A stretch of 47,661 nucleotides of DNA. It comes from a virus. Its lineage: Duplodnaviria > Caudoviricetes. Position numbers and translations under genes: made by a program. Below, one piece after another: positions 8,179 to 14,685 of this stretch. How positions within the stretch are numbered: position 1 is the stretch's first letter; each line of letters opens with the position of its first letter. The DNA is taken from positions 1 to 47,661 of the IMG/VR virus record IMGVR_UViG_3300015603_000077; one strand, 5' to 3'. Below the pieces are notes generated by a model. The model ran no database searches. It was given only the letters and a program-made list of their open reading frames with translations, and was not told the origin of the DNA.

Positions 8179-8694
8179 ATGCGTTTAAGAATAAAGATTG
8201 CAGTGGCAAGAATCAAGTACCTTATGAATAAAGTACACGAAGAGGCCAAGAAGATAGCTTTTGCAGTGGTATTGGTTGAGTTTATTCTAGTAGGAGGCTA
8301 TGCTTTCGCTCAGAATAAAGGATATTTGGAGTTTTTAGAGCCAAAAACGGTGTATATTGAGTCAGTACACGCCGAAGAATCGCCAGAAGTGAAGCCAGAA
8401 GCCTCAGAATTGCCCGCCACAGAGATTTCAGACGTGGACAGGATAGCAGACACAATATACACGCTAGAATCAACACAGGGCAAAAATAACTATTCTAAGT
8501 GTGAAGCAGTCGGCAAGGTAAACGGAATAGGCTACGGAATAGACGGCTCAGGAAAATATCAATGCTTTGAGAATCACGCCGAAGAGATGAAAACACTCAA
8601 GGCCTGGATATCAAAACATTTCGCCGAAGGAATGAATGAGAAAGAATTGAAGTGCCATTATAGTGGAAGCAATTATAAAATATGTAACAAGTAA
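8179..8694 (+). CDS. membrane-anchored lysozyme-like (SLT/glucosaminidase-like) protein
   Basis: hydrophobic segment IAFAVVLVEFILVGGYAFA, E/P-rich linker, then IYTLES..GK...NGIGYG with a candidate catalytic Glu. Confidence 0.5.
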   Translation: MRLRIKIAVARIKYLMNKVHEEAKKIAFAVVLVEFILVGGYAFAQNKGYLEFLEPKTVYIESVHAEESPEVKPEASELPATEISDVDRIADTIYTLESTQGKNNYSKCEAVGKVNGIGYGIDGSGKYQCFENHAEEMKTLKAWISKHFAEGMNEKELKCHYSGSNYKICNK

Positions 8695-8707
8695 CCATCA
8701 CAAAGCT

Positions 8708-8821
8708 ATGAGCAAAGAACAATTACTAGCCAAGTACAATGTAGACCAAGCTATTTGGAAAAATGCCTCAAGGGAAACAGTAGTAAAATGGATTAAGTGG
8801 TTCAGAGGAGTACAGGAATAA
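8708..8821 (+). CDS. 37-aa small protein (not in ORF track)
   Basis: MSKEQLLAKYNVDQAIWKNASRETVVKWIKWFRGVQE, just before a terminator. Confidence 0.5.
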   Translation: MSKEQLLAKYNVDQAIWKNASRETVVKWIKWFRGVQE

Positions 8822-8852
8822 TTAGATCCTCAGAAAATTGAATAAAGCGTTT

Positions 8853-8882
8853 AAGCCAGCCCCGAAAAGGTTGGCTTTCTTT
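8853..8882 (+). terminator. intrinsic terminator
   Basis: AAGCCAGCC-loop-GGTTGGCTT-TCTTT. Confidence 0.7.
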
Positions 8883-9413
8883 ATGTTGCCCCGAAAGCAA
8901 TTAAGAGACATATAATAACTATTACCATTAAGAACATACTATTATTTTTCTTTTCTTTTCTTTTGGTTTACTTTATATTTTTATTTGCTTGATTATGTAA
9001 CAATTTTATTATCAGTCAATTAACATTGAGTATTCTTTTTTCTTTTACTTATAGGCTTTTCTTTTCTTTTTTGCTTTTTATTATTTAACATTGATACCTT
9101 AAAAAAGTTTAAAAATAGTCAAAATAAGCCATTTCCTTAAAAGTTGAAGCATTAAAATGCGTTTTAAGCTCTTTAAAATAGGCAGTTGATACACTTATAC
9201 CTTTATTTGAGCCGAAAGCGTGGCTAAACTATTGGGATAGTATAAGCGGATTATAGTATGAGCATAGTGATAGAGTAGTGATAAGCTTGAAAGTCGTTAT
9301 TTGCGTATTTTGTCAAGAGCTAACTACGGCTTATTAAAGGGAAAGTACAAAGACGAATAAAAATAAACACGGGATTTATTGAATAAAAGTGTGTTATAAT
9401 ATGAGTTATTGCA

Positions 9414-9441
9414 ACGTCGTAGAAGATTACTTATGCGACGT
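9414..9441. other. dif-like tyrosine-recombinase (Xer) site
   Basis: ACGTCGTAGAA-GATTAC-TTATGCGACGT: 11-6-11 inverted arms (9/11 identical); the right arm read in reverse ends CGCATAA, like the XerC arm of E. coli dif. Confidence 0.55.
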
Positions 9442-9509
9442 TAGAGGCATAGGCATATAGGCTTATACACGCCATAGTGATACATACACGCAAGGGCAGG
9501 GCATTGAGC

Positions 9510-9525
9510 ATACTATATGTGGTAT
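9510..9525. promoter_or_regulatory. NrdR-box-like palindrome
   Basis: ATACTATATGTGGTAT resembles the acaCwATATrTwGtgt consensus; single copy. Confidence 0.4.
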
Positions 9526-9545
9526 GGTTTTCTTTTATGTGGGTG

Positions 9546-9574
9546 TTTACAGAGTAACAACATTGTGCTATAAT
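9546..9574 (+). promoter_or_regulatory. sigma70 promoter for the tRNA/packaging operon
   Basis: TTTACA-17-TATAAT with TG extension. Confidence 0.7.
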
Positions 9575-9776
9575 TTTAGACATAGACATACCCGACCTAT
9601 ACCATGCACCCTCCCGGGTGGTTTGTGGGTAAAAATATAGGGTACCTTATCTAACTGCTACAAAAAATATAAAAGCCCCACCCCCATAAAAAAACAAAAA
9701 AGCCCCCCTCTCCGTATCAAAACATGAAAGTCATTTTCTCCGCTAGAATTTTTAAAAAATAAAAAGGGCAAAACAT

Positions 9777-9848
9777 AGCGGGCTAGAGTAACGGTCACTC
9801 GCCAGCCTCATAAGCTGGACAAATCGGTTCGACTCCGATGCTCCGCAA
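9777..9848 (+). tRNA. tRNA-Met(CAT), initiator-like
   Basis: D arm GAGT/ACTC, anticodon arm CCAGC-CTCATAA-GCTGG, T arm ATCGG-TTCGACT-CCGAT; 1:72 mismatch and A11:U24; one bulged nt in the acceptor stem. Confidence 0.85.
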
Positions 9849-9919
9849 CATGGTAGTGCATATACCACACCTTAGGTCCCAGGTTCACATAGAATCAGGC
9901 TATCAGCCAAGGTGATCAA

Positions 9920-10023
9920 GGGTAGGTAGCTCAGCGGTAGAGCTTGGAGTGTCCTCTGCAATAGCGAGGTAGAACGCCAACACACGTCAGGCGTGGTCGC
10001 AGGTTCGATTCCTGCCCTATCCA
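9920..10023 (+). tRNA. atypical 104-nt tRNA-like gene with expanded anticodon/variable region (identity unassignable)
   Basis: acceptor GGGTAGG/CCTATCC, D arm GCTC-AGCGGTA-GAGC, T arm GCAGG-TTCGATT-CCTGC; 55 nt between D and T arms instead of about 23. Confidence 0.7.
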
Positions 10024-10041
10024 CAATTAATAATTAGGTCG

Positions 10042-10257
10042 ATGAGAAAACAACCATATAGCAAAATAGGCATAAAACGATGCAAATGCTTCCGATGTGG
10101 CAAAAGGGCTACTCAGCAGTGGCAGATCTGCTCGGATGGAAATCAGTATCGGCCTATCTGCGATCCGTGCGATATCGAATTGAACGAAATGGTGCTAAAA
10201 TTCATGGGGTTTAAAGACTGGCGTAAAAAACTTTCAGATTATAAAAAAACATTTTAA
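10042..10257 (+). CDS. zinc-finger hypothetical protein
   Basis: CFRC...CDPC. Confidence 0.6.
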   Translation: MRKQPYSKIGIKRCKCFRCGKRATQQWQICSDGNQYRPICDPCDIELNEMVLKFMGFKDWRKKLSDYKKTF

Positions 10258-10258
10258 T

Positions 10259-10501
10259 ATGGAAAAAATACTTCATGCAGATCCAGAAGAAGTTTGTAAT
10301 AATATTTTAGCAATGAGTAATAAGATTACCCAGGCCGAATACTTTCCGTCGGTTTCTTCTGGTCGTGAAGTGATGGAATTTATTTTTCGTATAAGTGGAC
10401 ATCGGTATGGAGGATCTATTTTTTGCGGTCTTTCGAAATTAGATGAAAAATCACATATTAATTCGCTTGTATTAATGGCCAAAAAGTATGCCAAGAACTA
10501 A
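10259..10501 (+). CDS. hypothetical protein
   Basis: ORF in operon. Confidence 0.5.
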   Translation: MEKILHADPEEVCNNILAMSNKITQAEYFPSVSSGREVMEFIFRISGHRYGGSIFCGLSKLDEKSHINSLVLMAKKYAKN

Positions 10502-11144
10502 AGGCGCGAAAAACAAGCCAAAGAAGCGGAAACCAATAGTTTATGGTGATGGAACCATTGGCGTAACTCGGCCACCTGTAAAAATGATGTCTGATGACAC
10601 CGTTGAACAAGCTTTAGAGAAGAAAAAGGAAACTATACATAAATCTCCAGCCTTGACTAAACTTGGATCGGTTGATCGTGAGTATCTTCTTTCTACGTTA
10701 GATGTTTTCGCGTCGGTAATTGAGACAAAAATACCGGAAAACTTTCCTGATGATGCTCATGGAAGCTATAAATACACTCCGCGAGAAATGTGGCTCAATA
10801 TTCATGCGTATTTTCGGGTGACCATCAACTACGGACAACCACTTACTCGTACAGGAATGGCTATGTTTGCCGGTTTGAATAATAAGAGAGTAGACACAAT
10901 GAGAAATGACCCGAAGTTGCATCGTGATTATCAGTTTATACGGTTGTGCAGCGATTTTGTAGAACTTTACAACGAATATGCTGCACACAAGAAACAAAAC
11001 CCGGCCGGACCGATCTTTATTCTTAAGAACATGGGGTGGAAGGATAAACTTGAAATAGAGGCTTCGGCTAATCCGGGAGCGCTTACTGAAGAGGAACGCG
11101 CAGCCGCCCAGAAGCGAATCCAAGAGTTCAGCGAAAAAGTATGA
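10488..11144 (+). CDS. terS: terminase small subunit (P22 gp3-like)
   Basis: KYTPREM...YF...PLTRTGMAMFAG...NPAGPIFILKNMGWKDK; upstream of terL. Confidence 0.75.
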   Translation: MPRTKGAKNKPKKRKPIVYGDGTIGVTRPPVKMMSDDTVEQALEKKKETIHKSPALTKLGSVDREYLLSTLDVFASVIETKIPENFPDDAHGSYKYTPREMWLNIHAYFRVTINYGQPLTRTGMAMFAGLNNKRVDTMRNDPKLHRDYQFIRLCSDFVELYNEYAAHKKQNPAGPIFILKNMGWKDKLEIEASANPGALTEEERAAAQKRIQEFSEKV

Positions 11145-11233
11145 TCTACTGGCTTTTCATTATTTGGTTTATGGCCGGTATGGCGTGTGGGATGATTTTA
11201 TTGTTAATATGTGTTAATAATTTTAAGCAATAA
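11141..11233 (+). CDS. 30-aa membrane peptide (not in ORF track)
   Basis: MIYWLFIIWFMAGMACGMILLLICVNNFKQ; ATGA overlap with the terS stop. Confidence 0.55.
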   Translation: MIYWLFIIWFMAGMACGMILLLICVNNFKQ

Positions 11234-11237
11234 ACAT

Positions 11238-11534
11238 ATGGAAAAGTCAAGTAAGGGAATCAAGGTTTCTCGGAAAGATGTCGGTCTCGTTATGGAGACA
11301 ATTCTTTCGTTTAATCTGAAAAGAGTAACGATGTATTTGAAACCGGACTTTGTTATTTCAGCACAAAGGAAATGTTGGGGTGGTAAAATAGATCTCCGCG
11401 ATAAGTCGGTCGAAATTGTCGTAAAGATCGGAAAACCTAATTTTGCAGAACGCGAGTTTATCAAACTTTGCAAAAAAGCAGGTGAACCATTTCCAGTGAA
11501 GAAGTTGCAGTTTAAATCATTTGATAAAAAATAA
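11238..11534 (+). CDS. basic hypothetical phage protein
   Basis: ATG at 11238; GKPNFAEREFIKLCKKAGEPFPVKK C-terminus. Confidence 0.65.
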   Translation: MEKSSKGIKVSRKDVGLVMETILSFNLKRVTMYLKPDFVISAQRKCWGGKIDLRDKSVEIVVKIGKPNFAEREFIKLCKKAGEPFPVKKLQFKSFDKK

Positions 11535-11535
11535 T

Positions 11536-11769
11536 ATGTCAGAAGATCTAAAAGAACCTACTTACGGAGAAAAGGCAGTCGGCTTAAAATTTAATCCGAG
11601 CGGCGATTCAGCAGTGGATACTATTAAAAAGTATTACGCTCAAATCATTGACGATCTGAATAGTCTCCGATCTGGAACAGAAATACCAGAAGCAAAACGT
11701 CTGTACTCTATAGCAATCACAGAAGCTCAAGCAGCTCAAATGTGGGCGGTAAAAGCTATTACTTGGTAA
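11536..11769 (+). CDS. Acb2/Tad1-like helical-hairpin protein (putative nucleotide-signal sponge)
   Basis: VGLKFNPSG...KRLYSIAITEAQAAQMWAVKAITW matches the R..S.A.T..(Q/E).A.MW signature. Confidence 0.65.
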   Translation: MSEDLKEPTYGEKAVGLKFNPSGDSAVDTIKKYYAQIIDDLNSLRSGTEIPEAKRLYSIAITEAQAAQMWAVKAITW

Positions 11770-11779
11770 TTTAATATTT

Positions 11780-11986
11780 ATGAAAACTTATATGCAAAAA
11801 GGTACAAAATCTGTTTCGAAAGTATCAAAGGCAAAAGGTATGCTCAAAGCAGAAAAAAAGGTAGACAAATCTGAACCGATGATGATGGATAAAAAGGCAA
11901 TGGCAAAACATGACAAAATGGAGCCAAAGAAAATGGAAGGAAAAGAAAAAATGGCAGTAAAAAAGTCTGCCAAAAAGAAGCGGTAA
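11780..11986 (+). CDS. Lys/Met-rich basic protein
   Basis: low-complexity K/M/A sequence. Confidence 0.55.
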   Translation: MKTYMQKGTKSVSKVSKAKGMLKAEKKVDKSEPMMMDKKAMAKHDKMEPKKMEGKEKMAVKKSAKKKR

Positions 11987-12027
11987 AGTTGAGTGGGCAT
12001 ATCCGAATCGACCCGGATGTGCCTATT

Positions 12028-12100
12028 GCCTCAATAGCTCAGTTGGCAGAGCGCTAGTTTTGTAAACTAGATGTCGGCAGTTCGAACCTGTCTTGAGGCT
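12028..12100 (+). tRNA. tRNA-Thr(TGT)
   Basis: canonical cloverleaf: GCCTCAA/TTGAGGC, CTAGT-TTTGTAA-ACTAG, GGCAG-TTCGAAC-CTGTC. Confidence 0.95.
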
Positions 12101-12101
12101 C

Positions 12102-12431
12102 ATGGAAAAAATACTCGCAATAGATTTTGACGGAACGATCCATGACTTTAAAAACCCGAAACCGGGTCGTCGGATGGGGGATGTTATTGTTGGCGCGAAA
12201 GAAGCAATCATAAAATTAAAAAGCAAAGGATATAAAATTATTATTCATACGGTATTTTCCGGAGATGATCGCGAGCGCAAAGTAGTCGAGGACTATCTAA
12301 ATTATTATGGGATACCATTTCACGAAGTAACGAATCAAAAACCCAGGGCAGATTTATATATTGATGACCATGGTTTATTTTTCCAAAATTGGGATGATAC
12401 ATTGTCTGAAATCTATAAAAGAATAATTTAA
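12102..12431 (+). CDS. small HAD-superfamily phosphatase
   Basis: AIDFDGTI (motif I), IIHT (II), KP.ADLYIDD (III/IV). Confidence 0.8.
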   Translation: MEKILAIDFDGTIHDFKNPKPGRRMGDVIVGAKEAIIKLKSKGYKIIIHTVFSGDDRERKVVEDYLNYYGIPFHEVTNQKPRADLYIDDHGLFFQNWDDTLSEIYKRII

Positions 12432-12432
12432 A

Positions 12433-12571
12433 AAGGTGTGACTTTGGGGGAGTGATAGATGAGTCTATCTCTTTATGAAGGGTAAACTAGTGACATTCTA
12501 GATTGTCTATACTAGGTGACTGAATTAAAGCGGTGCTAGCAATGCCGATTTCCCCGCCAAAGTCACATCTT
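12433..12571 (+). ncRNA. putative structured non-coding RNA
   Basis: 15-bp terminal stem AAGGTGTGACTTTGG/CCAAAGTCACATCTT enclosing 3-4 hairpins. Confidence 0.55.
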
Positions 12572-12586
12572 AAATAATAAAATAAT

Positions 12587-13117
12587 ATGCCAACCGGAGT
12601 ATATAAACGAATTAAAAAAGGAGGAATGTCTGGTAAGAAACATTCTGTTCAAACTCGTGAAAAAATTAGTTTAGCCGGAAAAGGTAGAAAACACACTGAT
12701 GAATGGAAGAAAAAGATGAAAGGAAAGATACCATGGAATAAAGGAATTATTATGCCAATCGAAAAAAGAAAGGAAAATCACAGAAAAAATTCACTAAAAT
12801 GGTCAAATAATAACAGAAAGGATAGGATTGAACAGGCGAGGAGAAGTTCATTAAAAATAAAATATGGAATGACTATTGATGACTATGAAAATATGTTTTC
12901 AGCACAAGATGGTAAATGTGCAATTTGTAATGAGATTGGTAATGAATGGGTTGATTCAACTGGAAGAAAACGTCCAGCTCTTTTAGTAGATCATTGCCAT
13001 GAAACAAATAAGGTTAGAGGTCTTTTGTGCCATAATTGTAATATTGGTATTGGAAATTTGAGACATTCATTAGAGATATTGGAAAATGCTAAAAAATATC
13101 TTATAAATAATCAATAG
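12587..13117 (+). CDS. NUMOD3 plus endonuclease VII-type HNH homing endonuclease
   Basis: GKKHS..TREKIS (NUMOD3); KYGMTIDDY...QDGKCAIC...LVDHCHETNKVRGLLCHNCNIGIG. Confidence 0.9.
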   Translation: MPTGVYKRIKKGGMSGKKHSVQTREKISLAGKGRKHTDEWKKKMKGKIPWNKGIIMPIEKRKENHRKNSLKWSNNNRKDRIEQARRSSLKIKYGMTIDDYENMFSAQDGKCAICNEIGNEWVDSTGRKRPALLVDHCHETNKVRGLLCHNCNIGIGNLRHSLEILENAKKYLINNQ

Positions 13118-13122
13118 ATTAT

Positions 13123-14646
13123 ATGCAAGAAAAAGTTGACAGACTAAAAGATTTATTGTCTAAAATAATTCTTGATGGAGCTGATTCAGATACTCTTAGA
13201 AAGTTTTTCCGACCATCTGGAGATATGGACGACTTGGTTATTAAATGTGTACTGTGGGGGCATCATTTTTGGCCAAAATATTTTTCAAAAGCTACACCGG
13301 CATTCCATTATGAACTTTTAAGGAAGTTTTTTAATAAAGAAAATGAATATAACGCGTATCCTCGTGGATTTGCAAAGACTACTTGTGTCCAGTTAGGGAT
13401 TGCCTATTCATGCGTGAATGGATTGGATGAGTTCATAGTATTGATTGAAAAAACCTATACTGAAGCATCGGAAGTTTTGGAAGCTGTTCGTGAAGAATTT
13501 AAACTAAATGATGAGGTTTTGCGAGTATACGGAAATCTTACCAAAATAAATGCTAAGGGTAACGATCAGGAGAACATCCGAGATTCAACCGGAGACTATT
13601 TTGTGAATGGTGTTCGTCTCCGCGCGAGAGGGTTTGATAGTCCAATTCGCGGTTTGAAGTCTAGGCACTCGCGACCTACACGCGTTATTTTGGATGATAT
13701 TGAATCGGACGAACATATCGACAACGTAGAACAGCGACAGAAATATCTCAACAACTATATCAAGGGAGTCATTCCTGCCGTAGATAACGATACCGGTGTA
13801 ATAAAAATGTATGGTACGATTCTTCATGATGATTCCTTGTTGCAGACTTTGATAAACAACAACAATGGTAATGTTTTCGGCGCTTGGGATGAAAACCATG
13901 TTTTACTTTGGCCGAGCAACTGGACTGTAGAAAAGTTGGAAGGAAAGAGAGACGACATGCGTATAGAGGGAAAAGGAGATAGTGCTTGGTATCAAGAATA
14001 TTTTAACCAACCGTTAGATGAAGAGAATCAGATCTTCAGGGATACGATGTTTCAATATTTTAGGAATCTTGATATTGATAAGATAAAAGAAAAACCTCAT
14101 CGTATTTATACGTTGGTTGACCCGGCTATTTCCAAAAAGACTACAGCTGACTTTACTGCCATAGTGACAGTATTGGTTGATGAACTGAATCGTCTCTATG
14201 TGCTTGAAATCACTCGGAGACGAATGGACCCGATAGAGACCTGTAAAGCTATATTCGCCCATTACGAACGCTGGCACCCGTACTATGTGGCTATTGAAGC
14301 TATTTCATACCAACAAGCACTCAAGTTTTTCATAGAAGAGAAGAAAAAAGAGGAATCCTCTTCGGTAAAAAGCATGGTTATAATGGAGAAAAAATCTACT
14401 ACCGATAAAATAGCAAAAATAAAAGGACTCCAACCGAAGTATGCAATTTTGAATGTCTTCCATAATTCGGATGACAAGAATACAACAATCCTTGAAGCAG
14501 AATTATTAAGATTTCCAAAAGCAGTACACGATGATGTGTGTGATGCCCTCTCAACTATCATTGATATCATTGTTCCGGTGAATAAAACGATAGATCGTGC
14601 AGTCAAAAAACATAATCAGAACAGAAGGGCCTCGATTATGTATTAA
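13123..14646 (+). CDS. terL: terminase large subunit
   Basis: PRGFAKT Walker A, VILDDIE Walker B, YGT coupling motif, VDPA and HDDVCDAL nuclease motifs. Confidence 0.93.
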   Translation: MQEKVDRLKDLLSKIILDGADSDTLRKFFRPSGDMDDLVIKCVLWGHHFWPKYFSKATPAFHYELLRKFFNKENEYNAYPRGFAKTTCVQLGIAYSCVNGLDEFIVLIEKTYTEASEVLEAVREEFKLNDEVLRVYGNLTKINAKGNDQENIRDSTGDYFVNGVRLRARGFDSPIRGLKSRHSRPTRVILDDIESDEHIDNVEQRQKYLNNYIKGVIPAVDNDTGVIKMYGTILHDDSLLQTLINNNNGNVFGAWDENHVLLWPSNWTVEKLEGKRDDMRIEGKGDSAWYQEYFNQPLDEENQIFRDTMFQYFRNLDIDKIKEKPHRIYTLVDPAISKKTTADFTAIVTVLVDELNRLYVLEITRRRMDPIETCKAIFAHYERWHPYYVAIEAISYQQALKFFIEEKKKEESSSVKSMVIMEKKSTTDKIAKIKGLQPKYAILNVFHNSDDKNTTILEAELLRFPKAVHDDVCDALSTIIDIIVPVNKTIDRAVKKHNQNRRASIMY

Positions 14647-14650
14647 TTTT

Positions 14651-14679
14651 TTGACGTTTGCATTAAAAAATGTTATAAT
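14651..14679 (+). promoter_or_regulatory. sigma70 promoter giving a leaderless portal mRNA
   Basis: TTGACG-17-TATAAT with TG extension; 6 nt between the -10 and the ATG. Confidence 0.7.
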
Positions 14680-14685
14680 TGAAAT

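Noticed and set aside
8940-9095. minus-strand K/R-rich short ORF
   Set aside because: only about 23 codons; explained by low-complexity T tracts
9851-9914. theta/HDV-like ribozyme after tRNA-Met
   Set aside because: P1 and P3 pairings could not be built; kept only as an unassigned structure
12023-12226. minus-strand ORF, and extension of the HAD ORF to 12093
   Set aside because: both overlap tRNA-Thr; the real start is probably 12102
12433-12571. Y RNA, given the RtcB association
   Set aside because: no Ro-binding helix motif, no T-arm, and no Ro60/Rsr gene in the window
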